Assembly (NCBI GenBank): GCA_963733035.1
Contig: CAVTBU010000010.1
Coordinates: 64,001 to 128,000 of the forward strand
DNA length: 64,000 nt
Direction: 5' to 3'
From: Pirellulales bacterium
GTDB taxonomy: Bacteria > Planctomycetota > Planctomycetia > Pirellulales > PALSA-1355
Below, piece by piece: positions 9,809-20,080 of the stretch. A model generated the notes under the pieces. The model was not told the origin of the DNA. It ran no database searches and saw only the letters and a program-made list of their open reading frames with translations. A program made the translations under genes and the position numbers. Each line of letters opens with the position of its first letter. Positions within the stretch are counted from its first letter, which is position 1.

Positions 9809-11434
9809 ATGCCTATCGTTATCGTTGACGGAATCGAAGTGGAATTGGCCGAAGGGGAGCGGATCAACGGGATCCAGGCTGCCGAGCGAGCCGGCATCGA
9901 CATTCCGCGCTACTGTTGGCACCCGGGGCTGACGGTGGTGGCAAGTTGCCGGATGTGCCTGGTGGAAACCGGCACGCGCAACCCCGAGAACGGCGAAATT
10001 CGGATGGTTCCGAAGCTGGTTCCAGCCTGCCAGACGCCCGCCACGCCCAACACGGTGTTTGTCACCAACAGCGAAAAGGTCGAGAAGAGCAGGGCGATGG
10101 TCGAGGAAGACCTGCTCATCGATCATCCGATCGATTGCCCGATTTGCGACAAGGCGGGCGAGTGCTACCTGCAGGACTACCATTTCAAGTACGGCCAGGA
10201 CCAGCGCCGCGCGGACGTCCGGCCGTTCACCAGCCGCCGCCGCGACATGGGCGACACGGTCACGCTGTTCGTCGATCGTTGCGTGATGTGCACCCGTTGC
10301 GTGCGGTTCACACGCGAAATCAGCGGTACGAGCGAATTGTTCGTGATCAACCGCGGCGCGCACGAAGAGATCGACATCTTTCCGGGCCATCCGCTGGAAA
10401 ACAAGATGTCCGGCAACGTGGTGGACATCTGCCCGGTGGGCGCACTGGGCGACAAGGACTTTCTCTACCAGCAGCGCGTCTGGTTCATGAAGAAACACGA
10501 GGGCGTTTGCACGGGCTGCTCGACCGGCTGCTCGATCTTCGTCGAGGAAAACCAGGACACGGTCTATCGGCTCAAGCCGCGCGAGAACCCGCACGTCAAC
10601 CAGTGGTGGATGTGCGACGAGGGGCGCTACGGTTTTCATCACGTGCACAGTGACCGCCGGATGATGAACGTCGAGCGCCGCGACGGAGCAAACTGGACGC
10701 TGCTCGAATGGTCGCAGGTGGTCCGAGAAATTGATGAACGGTTTCGCGAGATCGGACGGTTGGCCGTGGTGCTCTCGCCGCACTTGACGGTTGAAGAAGC
10801 CTACCTGCTGGGCAAGTACGCCCGCGGCGTCGATCCGACCGCCATCGTCGTAATGGGACCGGTGCCGGTCGCGGGCGAGGACGAGACGTTCAAGAACGGC
10901 TTTACAATTCATGCCGAGAAGTGTCCGAACCGCCGCGGAGTGGAAGAAGTTGTCACGCACTTCATGGGCCAGGTTTCAACGCTGGAGAATCTGCTGGTGG
11001 CCTTGGGAGGTGACGAGCGGTTCGGCGTGTGGGTGAGCGGCGGCTACAAGGGCGACTGGATTGACGAAGCGACGGCCGAGGAACTGGCCAAGGCCGAATG
11101 CCTGGTCGTGCACGACCTGTTCGACTCGCCGCTGGGCGAGAAGGCCAACTACCGGTTGCCGGAAGGGGCGTTTGCGGAACGCGAAGGGTCGTACGTCAAT
11201 GCCAACGACCGTTTGCAAAGCGTGCCCTGGGCCATTCGTCCGCCGGCCGGCGTACGCGTGGCGGCGGGCGTGTATTGGGAATTGTTGGGCGAGCGGGGCC
11301 TGGTGAAGGCGCGCCGCGTGCTCGACGAAGTGGCCGAGCGGATTGTGTTCTTTAGTGCCGCGGCCGAACCGGTGGGACCGTTGGGCGTGGATCTGAAGAC
11401 GCCGGTGTTGGAAGAGGCCTCGACGACGGGTTGA
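9809..11434 (+). CDS. nuoG: NADH-quinone oxidoreductase subunit G (short form, 541 aa)
   Basis: CWHP...CRMC, HPIDCPICDKAGEC, CVMCTRC, CTGCSTGC...C clusters. Confidence 0.93.
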   Translation: MPIVIVDGIEVELAEGERINGIQAAERAGIDIPRYCWHPGLTVVASCRMCLVETGTRNPENGEIRMVPKLVPACQTPATPNTVFVTNSEKVEKSRAMVEEDLLIDHPIDCPICDKAGECYLQDYHFKYGQDQRRADVRPFTSRRRDMGDTVTLFVDRCVMCTRCVRFTREISGTSELFVINRGAHEEIDIFPGHPLENKMSGNVVDICPVGALGDKDFLYQQRVWFMKKHEGVCTGCSTGCSIFVEENQDTVYRLKPRENPHVNQWWMCDEGRYGFHHVHSDRRMMNVERRDGANWTLLEWSQVVREIDERFREIGRLAVVLSPHLTVEEAYLLGKYARGVDPTAIVVMGPVPVAGEDETFKNGFTIHAEKCPNRRGVEEVVTHFMGQVSTLENLLVALGGDERFGVWVSGGYKGDWIDEATAEELAKAECLVVHDLFDSPLGEKANYRLPEGAFAEREGSYVNANDRLQSVPWAIRPPAGVRVAAGVYWELLGERGLVKARRVLDEVAERIVFFSAAAEPVGPLGVDLKTPVLEEASTTG

Positions 11435-11438
11435 TGCG

Positions 11439-12737
11439 ATGAACTGGGAATCCCTCATGCAGCCGCTGATTTTGCCGTTAGTCAAGATCGCGCTGTTGAC
11501 CTTCGCCCTGATGACGGCGGCCGCCTACCTGGTGCTGCTCGAGCGGTGGATCGCCGCCTGGGTGCAGGACCGCAAGGGCCCCAACCGGGTCGGCATGCCG
11601 CTGACCAAGCTGAAGCTGTTTGGTCTGGGGCAACCGCTGGCCGACGGCTTGAAGTTCATCTTCAAGGAAGAATACACGCCGGCGCACGTTGAGAAAGTGT
11701 TGTACACGCTCGCGCCGATTTCCATTCTGGCGGCCGCGATTGCCGTGTTTGCGGTCGTTCCGTTTGGCAGCACTTTGCCCATCGAAGTGCCGGGCGTCGA
11801 AGGGCCGATTCATCTGATCGTCGCGCCGGGGCTCGACGTGGGCATGATCTACATCTTTGCGCTCAGCAGTATTGCCGTGTATGGCGTTATCCTCGGTGGC
11901 TGGTCGAGCAACAACAAGTACGGATTCCTGGGCGCCTTGCGTTCGAGTGCGCAGCTGATCGCGTACGAAATTCCCCTGGGGTTGGGCATTCTGGGCGTCG
12001 TGTTGGCGGCCGGTTCGTTGCGGCTGGAGAACATCATTTACCAGCAAGCCGAGACGGGTGTGTGGAACGCCTTTGCCCAGCCGTTGGGTTTTTCGGTTTT
12101 CCTGGTGGCTGCGTTCGCCGAAGCCGCGCGATTGCCGTTCGACTTGCCCGAGGCCGAACAGGAGCTGATTGGCGGCTATCACACTGAGTATGCCGGTATG
12201 AAGCTGCTGTTGTTTCTGATTGCCGAGTTCCTCCACATGGTGATGGCGGCATTCTTGATCGTGATTCTGTTCTTCGGCGGCTGGCACTTTTGGGGCATGC
12301 CCGCAGCCGCGGGCGAGACAATTGGCTGGCCGCTGGCGCTTGCGCGGGTTGCCATTTTGCTGGCCAAGGTGTTGTTGGTGATTCTGTTCTTCATGATGGT
12401 GCGTTGGAGTTGGCCGCGTTTCCGTTTCGATCAATTGATGAATCTGGCCTGGAAGGTGATGCTGCCTTTGGGCCTGATCAATCTGGCCGCCACGGCGATC
12501 TTGTTTGAATACGAGCACGTTCACGATATGACGGGCACCTCTCGCGGAGCCTGGTTGGCGATTGGCACCGGCTGGGGCGTGGCGCTGGTCTCGTGGCTTC
12601 TGGCGGCCGTGTTGGCACCGCTGAGCACGGACAATCGCCCTCGGATCGACGACCTGCAATTCCCTGAGTTTGAGCCCGACGCGATGCGTGAATTGCTCGC
12701 CACCGGTACCGATCGTTACACCGCAAGCGGAAAGTAA
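11439..12737 (+). CDS. nuoH: NADH-quinone oxidoreductase subunit H
   Basis: QDRKGPNRVG, QPLADGLK, RLPFDLPEAEQEL, PRFRFDQLM. Confidence 0.97.
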   Translation: MNWESLMQPLILPLVKIALLTFALMTAAAYLVLLERWIAAWVQDRKGPNRVGMPLTKLKLFGLGQPLADGLKFIFKEEYTPAHVEKVLYTLAPISILAAAIAVFAVVPFGSTLPIEVPGVEGPIHLIVAPGLDVGMIYIFALSSIAVYGVILGGWSSNNKYGFLGALRSSAQLIAYEIPLGLGILGVVLAAGSLRLENIIYQQAETGVWNAFAQPLGFSVFLVAAFAEAARLPFDLPEAEQELIGGYHTEYAGMKLLLFLIAEFLHMVMAAFLIVILFFGGWHFWGMPAAAGETIGWPLALARVAILLAKVLLVILFFMMVRWSWPRFRFDQLMNLAWKVMLPLGLINLAATAILFEYEHVHDMTGTSRGAWLAIGTGWGVALVSWLLAAVLAPLSTDNRPRIDDLQFPEFEPDAMRELLATGTDRYTASGK

Positions 12738-12744
12738 AGCTGCC

Positions 12745-13278
12745 ATGCAAGCGGACGACCCGAACGTGAAGTGGATCGAAGAGCCCAAGCTCGGCTTGGC
12801 GGGCAAGATGTATTTGCCGCTGTTCGTGCAGGGACTGACCACCACGACCAGGCACTTGTTTGGACCGAAGGTGACGGTTAGCTACCCGGAGACGCGACCG
12901 CAAATCGGCAACCCGCTGATCTATCGCGGCGTGCACCGGCTGAACAAGGACGAGCAGGGTCGGGTCAAATGCGTGGCCTGTTTCCTGTGCGCCACGGCCT
13001 GTCCGGCCCACTGCATCGACATCGTGGGGGTTCAAAGTCCCTGGCCCGATCGGGAAAAGTATCCCGAGAGCTTTACGATTGACGAGCTGCGGTGCATCTT
13101 CTGCGGCATGTGCGAGGAAGCTTGCCCGGTGGACGCGATCGAGTTGACGAGCCTGTTCGACCTGACGGGCCGCAGCCGCGAGGAAATGATTTTCGATAAA
13201 GAGAAACTATTGAGCGTGTACGACCAGACGAAAGACGCCGAGCCGATGAAATCGACGGCCATGGGAGGCACCCTGTGA
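12745..13278 (+). CDS. nuoI: NADH-quinone oxidoreductase subunit I
   Basis: Two CxxCxxCxxxCP motifs. Confidence 0.96.
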   Translation: MQADDPNVKWIEEPKLGLAGKMYLPLFVQGLTTTTRHLFGPKVTVSYPETRPQIGNPLIYRGVHRLNKDEQGRVKCVACFLCATACPAHCIDIVGVQSPWPDREKYPESFTIDELRCIFCGMCEEACPVDAIELTSLFDLTGRSREEMIFDKEKLLSVYDQTKDAEPMKSTAMGGTL

Positions 13279-14002
13279 ACGCGATGCTGTGGATGCTAGG
13301 CCTGGCGACGCTGCTGCTGGCGGTTGGCATTTGGCTATCGCTTCCGCGTGGCCGCGCCGGTGGTCGGGCGTCGGCGCGGTGTTGACGGCCGCGGGGCTCG
13401 GCTTGTTTGCCGCGCAGACGGCCACGCTCGGCAATTGGCTGGCCGACGCGGTGTTTTACCTCCTGGCGGCAGTAACCGTGTGGAGCGCCGTGGCGACGAT
13501 CACGTTTGCCAACCCGGTTTATTCGGCCATTTGGTTTGCCTTGGCACTGCTGGGAACGGCTGGGCTCTTTCTGTACGACGGCGCGCAATTTCTGGGCGTG
13601 GCCACGATCGTGGTCTATGCCGGCGCGATTCTGGTGACCTTCCTGTTCGTGCTCATGCTCGCGCAACCCGAGGGTCAGGCCCCGTACGATCGGGTGAGCT
13701 GGGGCGCGCCGTTGTCGGCCGTCAGCGGTGCCTTGATGGTGGGCGTGCTGACGCTCGCATTGGCCGGCGTGTTTCAAAATCCGACGCCGGAAAATCGACC
13801 CACGGTCACGCACGATCGCTCGGCTCTCGAGGAGCAGGTGCTGGCCGATCAGCACATGGCCCATTTGGGCGGGCAACTTTTCAGCCGCCATTTGTTGGCC
13901 GTCGAAGTGGCGGGCACGCTGTTGCTGGTCGCGCTGGTCGGCTGCGTTGCGGTTGTGGCACAAATTCATAAACGCGAGCGGGGAGGGTCGATGCATGGAT
14001 GA
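13275..14002 (+). CDS. nuoJ: NADH-quinone oxidoreductase subunit J, frameshift near 13368
   Basis: NPVYSAIWF, VVYAGAILVTFLFVLML. The hydrophobic N-terminus starts at a GTG overlapping the nuoI stop, in another frame. Confidence 0.92.
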
Positions 14003-14438
14003 GCTGGCCCTTCTGGAAAAGTATCTATTCGTCGGCGCGTTGCTGTTCGGCATCGGCCTGATCGGCTTTTTCAGCCGGCGGAACATGATCGTGATGTTCC
14101 TGTCGGTCGAGATGATGCTGCAGGGCGTTTCGGTGAGCCTGGTGGCCTGGGGGCGTTATCACAACGACTGGGGCGGCCAGATGCTGGTGATCTTCATCCT
14201 CACGGTCGCCGCCTGCGAAGCGGCCATCGCCTTGGCGGTCGTGCTCACGCTATTTCACAAACGCGGCTCGCTCGACATCGTGCTTTGGCAAAGCCTGCGC
14301 GAAGACAATCAGCCGGCCTACTCCGACCCGCGCATGGCCGAACTCACGGAAAAGGAACCCGAGTGGCCGAAGCTCACGCCCTCGGGCATCGAGCCGGAGC
14401 CCGACTTGGAAGAGGTTTCGCACCGGATGCACGTATGA
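13995..14438 (+). CDS. nuoK: NADH-quinone oxidoreductase subunit K
   Basis: RRNMIVMFLSVEMML, VAACEAAIALA; acidic C-terminal extension. Confidence 0.95.
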   Translation: MDELALLEKYLFVGALLFGIGLIGFFSRRNMIVMFLSVEMMLQGVSVSLVAWGRYHNDWGGQMLVIFILTVAACEAAIALAVVLTLFHKRGSLDIVLWQSLREDNQPAYSDPRMAELTEKEPEWPKLTPSGIEPEPDLEEVSHRMHV

Positions 14439-14485
14439 GCAACGGCTAACAAGAACCCGCGGACAACGGACGAACACGACCCCAG

Positions 14486-16592
14486 ATGACCGGCACGATT
14501 CCCACACTGCTCGTACTGATTCCGGCGTTGCCGCTTTTGGCGGCCGTCGTCACGGCGGTGTTTGGCGCTCGCCTGCTCAAAGCGCGGAGCCACTTGCCGG
14601 TGGTGCTGGCACTCGTCGGGGCGTTCGGTTGCAGCCTGTTGCTGTTGGCAGAAGTTCGCAAGGCGGCCAACGAGGACACTTCGATGGTCGGCTGGGAGCG
14701 GACCACGGTGCTTTGGAACTGGGCGCAGCTGGACGGGGCAATTGATACCGACAGCGTTTCGCACGCCGCGCCGGCCGCCGGCGCTGCCGCATTGCCGGAG
14801 AGCTTGCCGTTTGCGGTTGACATCACGCTGCGGGCCGATGCCCTCACGGCGATCATGCTTTGCATGGTGACGTTTGTGTCGTCGCTGGTGGCGATTTACG
14901 CCGGCGGATACATGCATGGCGATCGCGGCTATTGGCGGTTCTTCAGCTACATCGGCCTGTTCGTGTTTTCGATGACGATGCTGGTTTCGGTCAGCAACTT
15001 CGTCCTCTTATACGTGTTCTGGGAAGCCGTGGGCCTGTGCAGCTACCTGTTAATTGGCTTTTGGTATGAAAAGCCCGAGGCGGCGGCCGCAGGCAAGAAG
15101 GCGTTTTTGGTCAATCGCATTGGCGACTTTGGCTTTGCGCTGGGACTGTTTCTTATCTGGACGACGTACGGCACGCTGAATTTTCACGACGCTGGCGGCG
15201 TGGCGGGGGTGCTGGGACAAACTCGCTTGGCGGCCCCGGCACTGTTGGCCGGCTTCAGCGACGACTATACGACCCTGGCCACGGCGATCTGCCTGCTATT
15301 GATGCTTGGGGCGTGCGGCAAGAGCGCCCAATTTCCGTTGCACGTGTGGTTGCCCGACGCGATGGAAGGTCCCACGCCGGTCAGCGCTTTGATTCACGCC
15401 GCCACGATGGTCACGGCCGGGGCCTACATGGTGGCCCGCTGCACGCCGCTGTTCATGGCTTCGCCCGATGCACAGCACGTCGTGGCCGCGATCGGCGCTA
15501 CGACTGCCGCCATCGGCGGAATCATCGCCCTCACGCAAACCGACTTGAAGCGGGTGCTCGCCTATTCGACGATCAGCCAGCTCGGCTACATGTTTCTCGG
15601 ACTGGGGCTCGGCACGATGGCTGGCATCACGTCTGGCATGTTCCACCTGTTCACGCACGCGTTTTTCAAGGCCCTGCTGTTCCTGGGGGCCGGCAGCGTG
15701 ATGCATGCGATGGGTAACGTCATCGACATGCGCCGCTTCAGCGGCTTGCGAAAGGTCATGCCCACGACGCACTGGACGTTTCTGTTCGGCTGCCTGGCGC
15801 TCGCCGGCATGATCCCGTTTGCCGGGTTCTGGAGCAAAGACGCGATCATCGCGGCTGCCTACGAGCGCGGCTTCCACGAACAGATTGGGTTGTTCAAAAC
15901 GCTGTACTGGGTGGCCACGATCGTGGCTTTCCTCACGGCGTTTTACACCTTCCGGGCGTTCTTCATGACATTTTACGGGCCGGAACGCGTGCCGCACGAA
16001 GCCGGACATCACGCCGCACGAGTCGCCCCGGTCGATGACGATTCCCTTGATGATTCTGGCTCTCGGTTCGCTTGTCGTCGGTGCGTATTTTTCCTGGACG
16101 GGCAGCTTCAACGCGTTCTTGCAACAGACCCCCTCGCTGGCCTTCGCTCCGCTGCAGGGCACGGTTGATCATTCGGAGTATGCTCACGAGGCGCACCAGA
16201 CGGTGAGCATGATCGGCACGCTGGTCGCGCTGGCCGGCATTGGGCTGGCTGCTTTCCTGTATCTTGGCGAAAGATCGCTCGTGCTGACACTACAGCGTCT
16301 TTTGGCTCCCCTGTATTGGCTGTCGCACGGCAAGTTGTTCTTTGACCAGATTTACTATGCCCTGGTCGTGTGGCCGCTGGAGCTGTTGGCCAGCTTCAGC
16401 TACTGGTTCGATCGGCGAGTCATTGACGGCCTGGTGAACTTCATCGGGCGGATTCCGCCGTGGATCGGAGCCGGCATGCGGCCGCTGCAGAGTGGGCTGG
16501 TGCAGTTTTACGCGTTGGCGATGGTGTGGGGCGTGCTCGTATTGGTGCTGACGCTACTAATTTGGCCGGCGCTTGGCGCGGCCTTCAAATAA
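14486..16592 (+). CDS. nuoL: NADH-quinone oxidoreductase subunit L, frameshift near 16015
   Basis: KAFLVNRIGD, GKSAQFPLHVWLPDAMEGPTPVSALIHAATMV; HESP...QSGLVQFY continues in the next frame. Confidence 0.95.
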
Positions 16593-16608
16593 CGGGAGTT
16601 CGTTCGCC

Positions 16609-18261
16609 TTGGATTCGACGTCGACACTGTTGCTCGTGACGATCCTGCTGCCGTCGATCGGCGCGCTGGTCGTGCTCGCGCTGGCCGATCAGGGACCGAG
16701 CGGCGCCCGTCAGTCCGCGCTCGTCACGTCGCTGCTGACGCTTGCCGTAGCGGTCGCGCTCGTCTGGAACTTCGATCCGAGCGCGGAAGTTTACGCTCCG
16801 GTGACGATGAGTTGGCTGGGACCATCATCGGGCGTGGACGTCCAGTTCAGCCTGGGGCTCGACGGGCTGAGCATCTGGCTGTTCGCCCTCTCGGCGCTGC
16901 TGCTGTTCACCTGCGTACTGGTGAGCTGGGAGGCGATTACCGATCGCCCGGCCGTGTTTTATTGCCTGCTGCTGCTGTTGGGCAGCGGCATGCTGGGCGT
17001 ATTTGCCGCCCGCGATATCATCCTGTTCTATGTCTTTTTCGAGTTTACGCTCATACCGTTGTTCTTTCTGGTTGGCGTGTGGGGCTCGGAAGAACGCCGC
17101 TACGCCGCCATCAAGTTCTTTTTGTACACGCTGGCCGGCAGTCTGCTCACGTTTCTGGGGCTGCTCACGATCGTGCTGTGGGACTACAACCACTCGGCGA
17201 CCGGCGTGATGACGTTTTCGATTCCCGCTTTGACGGCCGGGCTGGCCGAACATCCGCTGGCACAGCCGTATCAACTGTGGGTCTTCCTGGCGTTGTTCGC
17301 CGGCTTTGCGATCAAGGTGCCGCTGTTTCCGCTGCACACCTGGCTGCCGCTGGCGCACACGCAGGCGCCGACCGCCGGTAGTGTAATTCTGGCCGGCGTG
17401 CTGCTGAAAATCGGCACTTATGGTTTCGCCCGCTTCAGCATTCCGATGTTGCCCGAAGCCACCGCGATGTGCATTCCCTGGATCCTGGTGCTTTCAGCCG
17501 CCGGCATTATTTATGGCGCCTTGGTGGCCTTGGCGCAAACCGATCTCAAGCGATTGATTGCCTATTCCAGCGTTAGCCACCTTGGGTTTTGCATGCTGGG
17601 GCTGTTTGCCCTGACGACGCTCGGCGTCGAGGGGGGCGTGCTGCAAATGGTGAATCACGGCCTCTCGACCGGCGGGCTGTTCGCCGTGGTGGGCATGATT
17701 TACGAGCGGTACCACACCCGCGAGATTCGCCAGTTCGGCGGGCTCGCGCGGCGGACGCCTGTGCTGGCTTTCTTTTTCCTGCTGTTCACACTGTCCAGCA
17801 TTGGCTTGCCGGGCATGAACGGTTTCGTGGGCGAGTTCATGGTGCTGGCCGGCATGTTTCAGCGGGCCTGGACCACGGCTCCGGCCGGATTGGAGATACT
17901 GTACAAGGTGATCGCGGTCGCGTCGGTTTCCGGCGTGGTGCTGGGGGCGTGGTACATGCTGTACCTGGTGCAACGCGTGTTTTTCGGTCCGCTCCGCGAG
18001 CCACACCATGGGGGCGAGCAGGGGCATTCGGCCGTGCGCGATCTGGGCTTTCGCGAACTGGCTGCCCTGGTGCCGCTGTGCGTATTCGTGTTTTGGATCG
18101 GTTTGCAGCCGGATTTCTTCTTGAGCCGCATGCAGAACTCGCTCAAGCCGCTAAGCCACGGGGCACAACAGGCGCTGCTCGAGCGCAACCAGGACATCGC
18201 GCCGGCGGCGCTTGCCCAGCAAACTTTGAGTGCCAAGGGGGAATCGCCGCGTGTCGAATGA
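16609..18261 (+). CDS. nuoM: NADH-quinone oxidoreductase subunit M
   Basis: IKVPLFPLHTWLPLAH, LIAYSSVSHLG, GFVGEF; TTG start assumed. Confidence 0.95.
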   Translation: MDSTSTLLLVTILLPSIGALVVLALADQGPSGARQSALVTSLLTLAVAVALVWNFDPSAEVYAPVTMSWLGPSSGVDVQFSLGLDGLSIWLFALSALLLFTCVLVSWEAITDRPAVFYCLLLLLGSGMLGVFAARDIILFYVFFEFTLIPLFFLVGVWGSEERRYAAIKFFLYTLAGSLLTFLGLLTIVLWDYNHSATGVMTFSIPALTAGLAEHPLAQPYQLWVFLALFAGFAIKVPLFPLHTWLPLAHTQAPTAGSVILAGVLLKIGTYGFARFSIPMLPEATAMCIPWILVLSAAGIIYGALVALAQTDLKRLIAYSSVSHLGFCMLGLFALTTLGVEGGVLQMVNHGLSTGGLFAVVGMIYERYHTREIRQFGGLARRTPVLAFFFLLFTLSSIGLPGMNGFVGEFMVLAGMFQRAWTTAPAGLEILYKVIAVASVSGVVLGAWYMLYLVQRVFFGPLREPHHGGEQGHSAVRDLGFRELAALVPLCVFVFWIGLQPDFFLSRMQNSLKPLSHGAQQALLERNQDIAPAALAQQTLSAKGESPRVE

Positions 18262-19906
18262 GACCGTCATCCTGCTGCTGCCAGAAATCATTCTGGTGCT
18301 CGCCGGCACGCTCATCTACCTGGGCGGGGCGTTTCTGCCGTCACGCTCCGTGTGGGGCGGATTGAGTGTATTGGCTATCTTCGCGGCGCTGGCGATGCTC
18401 TATCATCAGGGGACGACCGAGGGGGTGCGCGAAGCATGGGCTACCGGCAGCGTGAGCGGCCCGATCACGATCGATTGGTTTTCCACGGCATTCCGCTATG
18501 GCGTGCTGGCAGTGGGCCTGGTGTTCGTATTGACTGGCTCGCGCTGGTCGCATGCGGGGCAGGGGGATGCCTCGGAATTCCAGGGCTCGCTCTTGATGAT
18601 CCTGGCGGGGCTGAATCTGGTGGCTTTGGCCAACGATCTTGTGATGGTGTTCGTGAGCCTGGAGCTGATTTCGATTCCCACGTACGTGCTGTTGTATCTG
18701 GGGCGCGGCACCAACCTGCTGGAGTCAGGCACGAAGTACTTTTTCTTGAGCATCCTGTCGAGTGCGCTGATGCTCTACGGGTTCAGCTTTCTGTATGGTG
18801 CCGTCGGCTCGACGAGCCTGCTGCGGATTCGCGAGGTGCTGGCCGATCCGGATGCCAACGCGGCGGCCATGGCTTCGTTCAGCCAACTGGCGTTGATTTT
18901 GATTTTCGCCGGATTGGCTTTCCGCCTTACCGCCGTGCCGTTCCACTTTTATGCTCCCGACGTCTACCAGGGGACGAGCAACGCCAATGCCGGCGTGCTG
19001 GCCGTGGTGCCGAAGATCGCGGCGCTGGCCGTGCTGGTACGAATCGTCTACGTGGCCATGCCGGGCCTGGAGCAGTTGGGTTGGCAGCTGACGCTGGCCG
19101 TGGCGATGGTCACGATGACGCTCGGCAATCTGCTTGCCCTGTGGCAGGCGAACGTGCGGCGGATGATGGCCTACTCGTCGATCGCCCATGCCGGCTACAT
19201 GCTGATCGGGCTTTCGGTTGGGTTTGCCGTCGCCGGCGGTGCGACCGAAGCGGAAGCGTTCGACGGCGTGGGCGCGACGTTGTTTTATCTGTTGGTGTAC
19301 GCCGTGGCGACGGCCGGCACGTTTGCCGCGCTGACGTACTTGAGTGGAGATCGCCGGGCCGTGAATGCCGTCGACGATCTGGCCGGTCTGAGCAGCACCT
19401 ATCCCAAAACGGCCGCCGCGATTTCGCTGTTCATGTTCTCGCTGACGGGCCTGCCGCCGCTGGCCGGCTTCTGGGGCAAGTTTGCCCTCTTCACGGGCGC
19501 GCTGGGCGTGGATGCCAAGAATCCCGAGGCGGGAAATCTGTGGCCGTGGTTCCTGGCACTGGCGGTGGTCGGCGTTGTGAATGCCGCCATCTCAGCCGGC
19601 TACTACCTGCGGATCATCGGCGTGATGTATTTCCGCTCGATGGAGAATGAAGCGCCCGAAGGCCGCGGCGGGATCGGAGCCGGCTTCGCCACGGCCCTCT
19701 GTGCGCTGGCCGTGCTGGGCATCGGCGGTTTTCCCGGCCCGTTCGTTGAGTCGGCGAAGGAGGCCAGTCGCTCAGCGAGGGGGGCAGTTGCGCCTGCCGA
19801 AGCAGCGACGGTCGACGCCTCGCGTGTCGAAGATGCTCCGGTAGTACGGCCACCGGCGGAAGCAGCCTCGGTCGTCACGCCGGCGACGCGCCGATCGAGC
19901 CGTTGA
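18251..19906 (+). CDS. nuoN: NADH-quinone oxidoreductase subunit N
   Basis: VPFHFYAPDVYQG, RMMAYSSIAHAGY, GLPPLAGFWGK. Confidence 0.95.
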   Translation: MSNETVILLLPEIILVLAGTLIYLGGAFLPSRSVWGGLSVLAIFAALAMLYHQGTTEGVREAWATGSVSGPITIDWFSTAFRYGVLAVGLVFVLTGSRWSHAGQGDASEFQGSLLMILAGLNLVALANDLVMVFVSLELISIPTYVLLYLGRGTNLLESGTKYFFLSILSSALMLYGFSFLYGAVGSTSLLRIREVLADPDANAAAMASFSQLALILIFAGLAFRLTAVPFHFYAPDVYQGTSNANAGVLAVVPKIAALAVLVRIVYVAMPGLEQLGWQLTLAVAMVTMTLGNLLALWQANVRRMMAYSSIAHAGYMLIGLSVGFAVAGGATEAEAFDGVGATLFYLLVYAVATAGTFAALTYLSGDRRAVNAVDDLAGLSSTYPKTAAAISLFMFSLTGLPPLAGFWGKFALFTGALGVDAKNPEAGNLWPWFLALAVVGVVNAAISAGYYLRIIGVMYFRSMENEAPEGRGGIGAGFATALCALAVLGIGGFPGPFVESAKEASRSARGAVAPAEAATVDASRVEDAPVVRPPAEAASVVTPATRRSSR

Positions 19907-20080
19907 TACGGCATCGGTTTTTGTTTACGGCGACCCGAGCAAGGATTGGCCAATTGTCACCACAGACGGTGGGAATTGCCGCTTTTTTCTCGTCGCGAGC
20001 TGCCGTTGCTGGCAGTTGGTGGAGCTTTTCGGCATAAGCGACTATGCTGGAGGCGGGGCGGAGCTTCACAGAGAAGTCGC

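Noticed and set aside
8444..16592. nuoF/nuoJ/nuoL as pseudogenes or programmed frameshifts
   Set aside because: All cofactor motifs are intact, no slippery heptamers at the breakpoints, and similar indels occur throughout the window.
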